This document shows, piece after piece, positions 1 to 7,664 of a DNA stretch of 32,000 bases; position 1 is the stretch's first letter, and each line of letters begins with the position of its first letter. Both the position numbers and the translations under genes were made by a program. The DNA comes from Mycolicibacterium smegmatis (GTDB taxonomy: Bacteria > Actinomycetota > Actinomycetes > Mycobacteriales > Mycobacteriaceae), in assembly GCF_001457595.1 (NCBI RefSeq), contig NZ_LN831039.1, forward strand, positions 1,230,001-1,262,000. The letters run 5' to 3'. The notes under the pieces were generated by a model. The model did no database searches. It had not been told where the DNA came from and saw only the letters and a program-made list of their open reading frames with translations.

Positions 1-1
1 G

Positions 2-961
2 GGCGAGTTCCCGAACTTGAAGCAGGACATTTTGTACGACTCGGTTGAGGCCGACCCGAACTTGTCGATCTTCAACAACCAGGACCTGCGGAAGGCCTTG
101 GAGCAGGCGTACTCGGACGCTCCGTGGGCTGATCTGGACCGCCTGATGGACGAGGTTCGTGATCCTCGCGTTACGGCGGCGGAGTCAATCCGGTTCTACT
201 TGAACGGCCTGGCCCTGTTGGAGGACTCCTGGGTGGACCCGAGGGCTTGGGACACTCTGTCGCGGCCGGATGAGGTTGTGGCGGACCGGGAACAGATCAC
301 GATGTTCTTGGACTGTTCGAAGTCTGGTGACGCCACAGGCCTTGTGGGTGTCCGTGTTTCGGATGGCTTCACGTTCGTCTTGGGTGTGTGGCAGCCCCCG
401 AAGGGCGGCCGGAACCACGGATGGCTCGCTCCCCGTGAAGAGGTTGATGCGGCGGTCCGTGAGGCGTTCGACCGGTACCGGGTGATGTGGTTTGGGGTGG
501 ACCCGTCACCGGCCACCGACGACGAGACTGAGGCCCTGTACTGGGCGGATCTGGTGGACGCCTGGCACCGCGATTTTCACAACAAGGTGAAGTTGTGGGC
601 CACGCCGGGACAGGCCACAGGCCACGCCGTGAAGTTCGACATGCGGCTGTCTCAGCCCCGGGCTTATGAGCGGATGAAGGCGTTCACGGAGATGGCCGAG
701 TTGTGCGCCCAATGGGTGGACGACGAACAGATTTTGATTCACGACGGCAACCCGGCTTTGCGGCTGCACGTCCACAACGCGAGGCGACGCCAGAACAAGT
801 GGGGTGTCTCGCTCGGCAAGGAGTCCCGCGACTCGAAGAAGCACGTTGACCTGGCCGTCTGCCTGGTGGGTGCCCAGTTGGGTAGGCGATTCATTTTGAA
901 CAACACGAAAGTCCGCACGGGCGGTGCGGTGAGGAAGAGGAAAGTGTCGGTGCTCAATTGA
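2..961 (+). CDS. Terminase large subunit, C-terminal (nuclease) part; 5' end outside window
   Basis: The frame is open from the window edge and the gene lies immediately upstream of, and overlapping (TTGA), the portal gene. The C-terminal region has a terminase-nuclease-like acidic motif (KKHVDLAVCLVGA). Confidence 0.8.
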   Translation, partial: GEFPNLKQDILYDSVEADPNLSIFNNQDLRKALEQAYSDAPWADLDRLMDEVRDPRVTAAESIRFYLNGLALLEDSWVDPRAWDTLSRPDEVVADREQITMFLDCSKSGDATGLVGVRVSDGFTFVLGVWQPPKGGRNHGWLAPREEVDAAVREAFDRYRVMWFGVDPSPATDDETEALYWADLVDAWHRDFHNKVKLWATPGQATGHAVKFDMRLSQPRAYERMKAFTEMAELCAQWVDDEQILIHDGNPALRLHVHNARRRQNKWGVSLGKESRDSKKHVDLAVCLVGAQLGRRFILNNTKVRTGGAVRKRKVSVLN

Positions 962-2397
962 CGCTTGCGCTCAACATTCCCGGACTGTCCCCGGCTGACC
1001 GTGACACGTTGCACCAGTTGGTGCAGCAGCTGGAGAACAAGCGGGCCCGGAACGCTCTGCGGTCCCAGTATTACGACGGGAAGGCCCTTTTCAAGGATTT
1101 GGGCATCTCGACCCCGCCGAAGTTCCGCAACTTTGAGGCCGTCTTGGGGTGGCCCGCGAAGGCTGTGGATTCGCTGTCTCGCCGCTGCATCCTGGAGGGG
1201 TTTGTCATCCCCGGCCAGTCCTCGCAGGACCTAGGCATCGAGGACATGTGGTTCGACAACGCCTTGGACATCGAGGTGCCGCAGGCCCACGATTCGGCGT
1301 TCATCCACTCCTGTGCGTTCGTGACCACCATCCGTGGCGACGTCCGTTCCGGTGAGCCCGAGGTCCTGATCATGGTCCGGGACGCCTTCAACGCGACCGG
1401 CCTGTGGAACCCGCGTAGGCGTGGCTTCGACGCCGGCCTGTCGATTGTGGAGCGGGACAAAGAGGGGGCCCCGCTGTACATCATCATGTACCTGCCGGAA
1501 AAGGTGCTGATCCTGACCCGCGACTACCTGGGTGGACCGTGGCGGATTGCTCAGCGGCCCAATCCTCTTGGTCGCGTGCCGATGGAGCCGATCACGTACC
1601 GGCCGCGTCTGGGGTATCCGTTCGGGAAGTCCCGGATCACCCGCCCGGTCATGTACATCACGGACGCGGCGATCCGCACCGTGGTCCGCAGCGAGATCGG
1701 TGCCGAGTTCTTCACGGCCCCGCAGCGGTACGGCTTGAACATCCCGGAGGATGCGTTCGCCAATGGTGGCTGGAACGCCCTCATGGGCCGGTTCCTGGCC
1801 CTGGAGCCTCCGTCGCCGGATGAAGAGGTTGACCCGAATTTCAAACCCGAGGTGGGTCAGTTCCCGCAGATGACGATGCAGCCGCATTCGGAACAGCTTC
1901 GCCAGTGGGCTGCCTTGTTCGCGGCGGAGACTTCGATCCCGGTGTCCTCGCTGGGTGTGGTGCAGGACAACCCGTCTTCGGCGGAGGCTTTGTATGCCTC
2001 CAAGGAGGAGATGGTGATCGAGGCGGAGTCGGCGACGCGGGTGTTCGGGATCGGCTGGTGCCGTGCGATGCGGAACGCCTTGATGGTGCGGGACAACACG
2101 TCTGAGTTGTCGGACGAGTACCGCAAGTTGCGGGCCAAGTGGCGGAACCCCTCGACTCCGTCGCAGGCTGCCGCTGCGGACGCGGTCACGAAGCAGTTGT
2201 CGGTGTTGCCGTGGATGGCCGAGAGCGAAGTGGTGCTGGAGCAGCTGGGCTATGACCGCACGGACATCGACCGGCTGGTTGCGGATCGTCGCCGGTCCAC
2301 TGTCTCGAACATCCTGAACGTCATCCAGAACCGGGCGAACCAGCAGGCAACCCCTGAACCGACTGCCCAGCAGGAGAGTTCCGAACCAACGGAGTAA
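958..2397 (+). CDS. Portal protein
   Basis: 479 aa, TTG start overlapping the terminase stop, positioned between terminase and head morphogenesis genes. The N-terminal LRSQYYDGK-type motif is typical of actinophage portals. Confidence 0.85.
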   Translation: MTLALNIPGLSPADRDTLHQLVQQLENKRARNALRSQYYDGKALFKDLGISTPPKFRNFEAVLGWPAKAVDSLSRRCILEGFVIPGQSSQDLGIEDMWFDNALDIEVPQAHDSAFIHSCAFVTTIRGDVRSGEPEVLIMVRDAFNATGLWNPRRRGFDAGLSIVERDKEGAPLYIIMYLPEKVLILTRDYLGGPWRIAQRPNPLGRVPMEPITYRPRLGYPFGKSRITRPVMYITDAAIRTVVRSEIGAEFFTAPQRYGLNIPEDAFANGGWNALMGRFLALEPPSPDEEVDPNFKPEVGQFPQMTMQPHSEQLRQWAALFAAETSIPVSSLGVVQDNPSSAEALYASKEEMVIEAESATRVFGIGWCRAMRNALMVRDNTSELSDEYRKLRAKWRNPSTPSQAAAADAVTKQLSVLPWMAESEVVLEQLGYDRTDIDRLVADRRRSTVSNILNVIQNRANQQATPEPTAQQESSEPTE

Positions 2398-2400
2398 GCC

Positions 2401-3090
2401 GTGGCAGTTTCGTCGGCTGAACGCAGATTCCTTTTGAGCCAGGTGAATTCACTGGCGACGGAGGACTTGGACCGCTTGTGGTCCCAGGCCGTACAGAGGT
2501 CCGATGTGGACTTCCAGCGGTTCCTGATGGACGCCTACCCGGACCTTCTGGACCCCTACATCCAGATGTCTGCCGATTTGGCCGCCACATGGTTTGAGTT
2601 GTCTGATCCGTCCTCGAATTACGTGGCGAGAACGGCCCCACCGCCTCCGCGGGAGAAGTTTCGGGTGTCGGTGGACTGGGCGCTTGGGGCGTTGGGTTCG
2701 GAGGGCCTGAAGCGACTGAGGGCCACCACTCAGAGGGCAGTGTTCGACGGGGCGAGGAACACCACCTTGTTGAATGTGGACCTCACCGACTCGACCTGGG
2801 CCCGGGTTGCCCACGCTGGGGCTTGCGAGTTCTGCAAGCTGCTGGCCACCCGCCGCAACGTGTACACGTCCCGCGAGACAGCGGCCCGAGATGTTCACAA
2901 CGACTGCATCTGCCACCCCATTGAGGTACGGGGGCAGCAGGATTGGCGGGATCTGGTCGACGCCCGCTACGCGGAGCAGATCGACCAGTGGGAGAGGGAG
3001 TACCTCAAGGCACGAGCTGAGGCCGGCAACGGCAGCTCGACCCAGATTCTTGCCGCTTGGAGGCGGCTTGATGCCGGTAACGCGACGTAA
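2401..3090 (+). CDS. MuF-like (SPP1 gp7 family) head morphogenesis / minor capsid protein
   Basis: GTG start 3 nt after the portal stop with an ACGGAG SD. Carries CEFC...HNDCIC, which resembles the CxxC...HxxCxC signature I recall for the Mu F/SPP1 gp7 family. Sits in the position after portal. Confidence 0.6.
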   Translation: MAVSSAERRFLLSQVNSLATEDLDRLWSQAVQRSDVDFQRFLMDAYPDLLDPYIQMSADLAATWFELSDPSSNYVARTAPPPPREKFRVSVDWALGALGSEGLKRLRATTQRAVFDGARNTTLLNVDLTDSTWARVAHAGACEFCKLLATRRNVYTSRETAARDVHNDCICHPIEVRGQQDWRDLVDARYAEQIDQWEREYLKARAEAGNGSSTQILAAWRRLDAGNAT

Positions 3091-3131
3091 CCGGCGATTT
3101 CTAAAACCTTTCGCGATGGAGGAATTTCTGA

Positions 3132-3614
3132 ATGGCTGACGAAGCCACTGTTGATACCCCGAATGCTGAAAATGCTGAAACCAGGAGCGATTCCGAGGTT
3201 CTAGGGGAAGGCGGGAAGAAGGCACTGGAGGCGGAGCGTCGACGTGCCAATGCTGCCGAGAAGTCTCTGAAGGAGCTTCAGCAGCGTCTTGACGCCATGG
3301 AGGCCGAAAAGCTCTCCAAGGAGGAGCGTGCGGTCAAGGAACGGGACGAGGCCCTGAAAGAGGTCGAAGCCCTTCGCGCACAGGCAATCCGGTATCGGGT
3401 TGCGTCCAAGTTCAAGATTTCCGATGAAGATGCCGATCTGTTCCTGACCGGCACCGACGAGGAAACACTCACCCGCCAAGCACAGCGACTGGCTGAACGA
3501 GAGACCGCCACTGACGGTCTTTTCGTCCCCGGCGAAGGCCGTCAGCCCAGCGCACCGGCGCTGAACAGCGATGACCTCGAAGTCTCGCTGAAAGCAAAGC
3601 TCGGCATCCAGTAA
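3132..3614 (+). CDS. Capsid scaffolding protein
   Basis: 160 aa, highly charged Glu/Lys/Ala-rich coiled-coil-like sequence directly upstream of the major capsid gene. GGAGGA SD. Confidence 0.7.
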   Translation: MADEATVDTPNAENAETRSDSEVLGEGGKKALEAERRRANAAEKSLKELQQRLDAMEAEKLSKEERAVKERDEALKEVEALRAQAIRYRVASKFKISDEDADLFLTGTDEETLTRQAQRLAERETATDGLFVPGEGRQPSAPALNSDDLEVSLKAKLGIQ

Positions 3615-3645
3615 GGGTGCCTTCCAACCCTTTTAAGGAGTAGAA

Positions 3646-4548
3646 GTGGCTCAGGCCGATCCTACTGTTAGGGGCGATTTCTCCGGGTTCCTCCGTCCTG
3701 AAATCGCTGACCGTTATTTCGATGAGGCCCGCAAGCGCTCGACCGTGATGCAGCTGGCCCGTCGCGTCCCCCTGGGCATCAATGGCCAGGAGATCCCGGT
3801 TTCGACCGCCAAGGCACAGGCTGCCTGGGTCTCTGAGGGCAACACCAAGCCCACCACGGAGTCTGCCCAGACCCTGAAGACCATCGCGCCGAAGAAGCTC
3901 GCCGCGATCTCGGTGGTTTCCGCTGAGGTGGTCCGCGCCAACCCGGGCAACTACATGGAGGTCCTCCGCGAGGACATCGCCGAGGCGTTCGCCGTGGCGT
4001 TCGACAACGCGGCCCTGCATGGCACCAGCACCCCGTTCGGTGCGTACATCGATCAGACCGACAAGACGGTTGAGCTGGGCACCGCGACCCAGAACTCAGG
4101 TGGCGTGTACGCCGACCTGGTGTCGGGCATGTCCCTGCTGGTGAACGACGGCAAGAAGCTGCGTGGCTTCGCCCTGGACGCGGTTGCTGAACCCGTCCTG
4201 CTGGGTGCGACCGACAACACCGGTCGTCCGCTGTTCGTGGAGACCCCGCTGGCGGACACCACGTCGGCCATCGTTCCGGGCCGCCTCCTGGGCCGCCCCG
4301 CCTACCTCGGTGACAGCGTTGCCTCCGGTGACACCGTCGCCTACGGCGGCGACTGGAGCCAGGTTGTGTGGGGTGCCGTTGGTGGCATCTCCTTCAAGGT
4401 CTCGACCGAGGCTGCCGTGACGATCAACGGCGCTCTGGTTTCTCTCTTCGAGAAGAACCTGGTCGCGATCCTCGCTGAAGCGGAATACGGCTTGCTCATC
4501 AACGATGTGGACGCCTTCTGCCGCTACACGGTCGACAACGGCTCCTAA
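3646..4548 (+). CDS. Major capsid protein (HK97-fold type)
   Basis: 300 aa, GTG start with an AAGGAG SD. Sequence pattern (MQLARRVPLG..GQEIPVST..AAWVSEGNTKP..KKLAAISVVSAEVV) is typical of actinophage major capsids. Confidence 0.9.
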   Translation: MAQADPTVRGDFSGFLRPEIADRYFDEARKRSTVMQLARRVPLGINGQEIPVSTAKAQAAWVSEGNTKPTTESAQTLKTIAPKKLAAISVVSAEVVRANPGNYMEVLREDIAEAFAVAFDNAALHGTSTPFGAYIDQTDKTVELGTATQNSGGVYADLVSGMSLLVNDGKKLRGFALDAVAEPVLLGATDNTGRPLFVETPLADTTSAIVPGRLLGRPAYLGDSVASGDTVAYGGDWSQVVWGAVGGISFKVSTEAAVTINGALVSLFEKNLVAILAEAEYGLLINDVDAFCRYTVDNGS

Positions 4549-4567
4549 GAGATCGAGGAGGTGACCC

Positions 4568-4945
4568 GTGGCTGTCTCAATCACGTACGACGACCTGTCC
4601 GTCTTCGCGCCCTCACTCGATGAGGAGAAGGCAGAGGCAATGATTGCCGATGCGCTGGCGATGGCAGCCCGGGTCGCCCCCTGCATCCTGGAGGACGACC
4701 TCACTGATGCCGAGGAAGCGGCGGTGAAAGCCATTCTGCGGGGAGCGATTCTCCGCTGGAACGACCAGGGAACCAGCCAGGCTCCGCAGCTTGTCGCTGG
4801 GCCGTTCCAATACATTCCCCGGTCCGCTCCCCGTCGTTCCCTCCTGTTGCCGTCCGAGATCCGTGAACTGTCCAAGATCTGTGGGCAAACATCCACCAGG
4901 TCGGCGTTCACGGTGGACATGATCCCCGAAGATGAGGATGAATGA
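4568..4945 (+). CDS. Head-to-tail adaptor/connector protein
   Basis: 125 aa, first gene after the major capsid. GAGGAGG SD. ATGA overlap with the next gene. Confidence 0.55.
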   Translation: MAVSITYDDLSVFAPSLDEEKAEAMIADALAMAARVAPCILEDDLTDAEEAAVKAILRGAILRWNDQGTSQAPQLVAGPFQYIPRSAPRRSLLLPSEIRELSKICGQTSTRSAFTVDMIPEDEDE

Positions 4946-5280
4946 CCTTCCCTACGCCTTACACGGTTCGGAGGGCGGCGTTCAACGGGACGGGACAAGA
5001 CGACCTCGGCAATGATGTCGAGACCTGGGGAACACCCACAAGTGTCCCAGTTATCTGCTGGTACGCCAGCATGATCGAGAACACCGCCGGATACACATCC
5101 CGCGTCGTGTCAGACATCGATCTCCTTGCGGGGCCCGATGTTTCGATGACCGTCCGGGACCGCATCTATCTCCCTGGCGATGCCACACCTTACGAGATCG
5201 TGGAGATCCAACCGTACAACAACGGGTTCCACCAGTGGCAGCCGGGGAGCGTGGTCAAGCTGAAGAAGGTGACCGGCTGA
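4942..5280 (+). CDS. Head closure / head-tail joining protein
   Basis: 112 aa. ATGA overlap upstream and TGATG overlap downstream. Position and size match SPP1 gp16-like head closure proteins. Confidence 0.5.
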   Translation: MTFPTPYTVRRAAFNGTGQDDLGNDVETWGTPTSVPVICWYASMIENTAGYTSRVVSDIDLLAGPDVSMTVRDRIYLPGDATPYEIVEIQPYNNGFHQWQPGSVVKLKKVTG

Positions 5281-5555
5281 TGGCCCGCAAGGCAAGCCTG
5301 AAGTTCAACAAGAAGGCCTGGGACGCCCTTGTGAAAGAGGTCGTTGAGACCGAAGGTGTTGAACGGATGCAGCGGGTGGCGGACGCCTGCAACAACCACA
5401 TTGAGACCGATGGCTACAAGGTGTCGGTCGAGGGTGATGATCCACTGGACAAGCGGGACTACCGCGCCACGGTCATCACCTCGGATGTTGAGGCGATTCT
5501 CGACAATCAACGGAACAACACTCTTGTGTCCGAGTTCCACCAGGCGGGTGGTTGA
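5280..5555 (+). CDS. Neck / head-tail connector component (start moved to ATG 5280)
   Basis: ATG at 5280 overlaps the upstream stop (TGATG). The track's upstream extension from 5235 would overlap the preceding gene. 91 aa, positioned between the head closure and tail terminator genes. Confidence 0.5.
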   Translation: MARKASLKFNKKAWDALVKEVVETEGVERMQRVADACNNHIETDGYKVSVEGDDPLDKRDYRATVITSDVEAILDNQRNNTLVSEFHQAGG

Positions 5556-5557
5556 TC

Positions 5558-5947
5558 ATGACCGCCCCCGGCGTATTTCCGTACGCCCCCAAAGTTGTTC
5601 GGACCTACCTGGTTGATCGGCTCGGTGCCGATGTCCGGGTGGCCACGAAAGTTCCCGCGAACCGTCCCGCAAAGCTGGTGACCATCACCATGGTGCCGGC
5701 CGGGGATTCCGGGAACCTGGCTCTGTCGCCGCGACGGCTGATAATCCATTGCTATTCCGCCAGTGAAGATGAGGCTGGCGAGCTGGCCGAGATGGTGTTC
5801 TCGCACCTTCGGGCAGCGAGGTATGTGACGGGTAGTGGGCTACGCGATGTGTCCATCTTAGGAACCCCGGCGCTGTTTCCTGATCCCGATGACTCCACTC
5901 CCCGGTTCCAGATGACCGTGGATGTGTTGCTTCGGGCTGCTGTCTAG
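5558..5947 (+). CDS. Tail terminator / tail completion protein
   Basis: About 129 aa directly upstream of the major tail gene. Start is ATG 5558, with TTG 5552 as an alternative. Size and position match DUF3168-like tail terminators. Confidence 0.55.
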   Translation: MTAPGVFPYAPKVVRTYLVDRLGADVRVATKVPANRPAKLVTITMVPAGDSGNLALSPRRLIIHCYSASEDEAGELAEMVFSHLRAARYVTGSGLRDVSILGTPALFPDPDDSTPRFQMTVDVLLRAAV

Positions 5948-6015
5948 AACAGCTCTCTCTCAACCCATTTCCCTCATATGGGCTGGCTGCTATCTGCCCT
6001 CATTGGAGTATTTAA

Positions 6016-6606
6016 ATGGCTTCTGACAACAAGAATGTCTATGCCGCAGAGCCGTTGGCGACCGGTTCGTGCCTCGTGGCCCCTCTGGGCACCGAAGGCC
6101 CGACTTCGGCCACCGAGGAGCTCGATCCCGCCTTCGTGGACCTCGGTCACGTCGGCGAGGACGGTTTCACGGAAACCGCTGAACGGTCTGTGGACAAGAA
6201 GAAGAACTTCGGCGGCAAGACCGTCAAGATCCTTCAGACCGACTACACCCACACCTTCAGCTTCACGCTGTTGGAGTCCCTGAACGCTGATGTGCTGAAG
6301 GCGATTTACGGTGAGGACAACGTCACCGTGACCGCGGCCAACGCTATGCACGGCGTCCAGATCGAGGTGAAGAAGAACTCCCGCAAGCTGCCGCATATGT
6401 CGTGGGTCATCGACACCACGGACTCGGAGCTGAATGCGTTCTACCGCAACTACATTCCAGACGGCCAGATCATCTCGGTTGGCGATGTGACCATCGTTCA
6501 CACCGACACGATCATGTACGAGGTTGAGCTGGAAGCGTTTGAGGACGCCTCGGGTAACCACGTGTACACCTACACCGACAACGGCCAGGTGGACGACGGC
6601 TCGTAA
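6016..6606 (+). CDS. Major tail protein
   Basis: 196 aa, preceded by a 68-bp gap and followed by a strong stem-loop region and the chaperone genes. Position and composition are typical of siphovirus tail tube proteins. Confidence 0.8.
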   Translation: MASDNKNVYAAEPLATGSCLVAPLGTEGPTSATEELDPAFVDLGHVGEDGFTETAERSVDKKKNFGGKTVKILQTDYTHTFSFTLLESLNADVLKAIYGEDNVTVTAANAMHGVQIEVKKNSRKLPHMSWVIDTTDSELNAFYRNYIPDGQIISVGDVTIVHTDTIMYEVELEAFEDASGNHVYTYTDNGQVDDGS

Positions 6607-6617
6607 GCCGTAAAACT

Positions 6618-6707
6618 CGCGGGGGAGGTTAATCGCAACCCCTGTGCAGCCAGCCGCGATCCTCCCCCGCGCCCCTGGCTGCACATCCCATCCGAAAGGC
6701 TGGCTGC
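6618..6707 (+). promoter_or_regulatory. Interleaved perfect RNA stems between the major tail and chaperone genes (possible attenuator or translational switch)
   Basis: A 6618-6628 CGCGGGGGAGG pairs with A' 6661-6671 CCTCCCCCGCG (11 bp). B 6643-6653 TGTGCAGCCAG pairs with B' 6675-6685 CTGGCTGCACA (11 bp). B 6646-6655 GCAGCCAGCC also pairs with B'' 6698-6707 GGCTGGCTGC (10 bp), which overlaps the SD/spacer of ATG 6712. Confidence 0.6.
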
Positions 6708-6711
6708 GTTC

Positions 6712-6990
6712 ATGGATAAATTCGAGTACACCGTTGAGGTCCCCTCGGAGGACGGCGATTCCGTCTCAGAGGTGACGTTCCAGTTCAAGCCCATCAAGAT
6801 GTTGCCGGTCGGCATTCTTCGCAAGCACCGCCGCGACGTTGAGGGCCAAATGTGGGCCACATTCGAGTGGGGCCTCTCACCTGAACAGCTGGAGCTGTTC
6901 GACCGTCTCCCCGCCAGCAAGTTCCGGGAGATCCTGAACGCCTGGCAGGCCTCGGGTGACGACAAGGATGAAACTTCCGAAGAGGAGTAG
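6712..6990 (+). CDS. Tail assembly chaperone (G-like)
   Basis: 92 aa with an acidic C-terminus (DDKDETSEEE), positioned between the major tail and tape measure genes. Ends at TAG 6988-6990. Confidence 0.7.
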   Translation: MDKFEYTVEVPSEDGDSVSEVTFQFKPIKMLPVGILRKHRRDVEGQMWATFEWGLSPEQLELFDRLPASKFREILNAWQASGDDKDETSEEE

Positions 6991-7002
6991 GCCCTGTTCC
7001 GG

Positions 7003-7662
7003 GTGAAGACCCGCTGCGGGCCAGTGGAGTTCGAGCCCCTGGCGCTGGTGCCGGTGAAGACCATTCAGACCGCACTGGCGAAACCGGAGGACGAACGGTT
7101 CTGGTTCTTATTGGAGACGCTGGCCCGCCCACTGGACGTTATTGACTCCCTCTACGTTTCGGAGGTCCGGGACCTTGTGGCCCGGTGGGAGTCGGACTCC
7201 GGTATCCAGATGGGGGAGTTGTTCCGCATCAACTTGATGATCAGGCGTCACAGCGAGGCCTTGGAGGCGGACCTGATCGACAAGGGTCTCCGCCTTCGTA
7301 ACTGCCCCACTGAGGATTTCAACTGGCACGACTTGAAGGTGATCATCCGGTATCTGCCGGTGACCTCGAACTTGTACTCCGAAATGTTCCCCGACAGGGC
7401 TGGGTGGACGAAGGAAGCCATGCTCACAGCTAGCGTGGCCGACTCGCTGCACTGGCTCCAGTGGGCGAAGACAAAAGACGGAGCGAAGGGCCGCAACCGT
7501 CCGAAACCTATTCCGCGGCCTGGCGTTACCCCGCCGCGGCGTGAGGGCTCGAACCCGAAGGCTGTACCGCTGTCCGTCATCAAAAAGACATTCGCCGACC
7601 GGTCGAAGAGAAATAAAGACCGGGGCAAGGCATTGCAGAGCATTTTCGCCGGGAAGGGATAA
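7003..7662 (+). CDS. Tail assembly chaperone, G-like N-domain fused in frame to a T-like domain
   Basis: Same reading frame as 6712-6990. The N-terminal 70 aa are paralogous to the upstream ORF. The C-terminal part has the T-domain pattern seen in mycobacteriophage frameshift products (EADLIDKGLRLRN..IIRYLP..KPIPRPGV). The start (GTG 7003) is uncertain. Confidence 0.7.
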   Translation: MKTRCGPVEFEPLALVPVKTIQTALAKPEDERFWFLLETLARPLDVIDSLYVSEVRDLVARWESDSGIQMGELFRINLMIRRHSEALEADLIDKGLRLRNCPTEDFNWHDLKVIIRYLPVTSNLYSEMFPDRAGWTKEAMLTASVADSLHWLQWAKTKDGAKGRNRPKPIPRPGVTPPRREGSNPKAVPLSVIKKTFADRSKRNKDRGKALQSIFAGKG

Positions 7663-7664
7663 CC

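Noticed and set aside
6930-7010. Canonical -1 or +1 programmed frameshift joining the two tail chaperone ORFs
   Set aside because: Both alternative frames contain stops in this interval (TGA at 6957 and 6969 in the -1 frame; TGA at 6935 and 7004 in the +1 frame). The downstream ORF is in the same frame as the upstream one.
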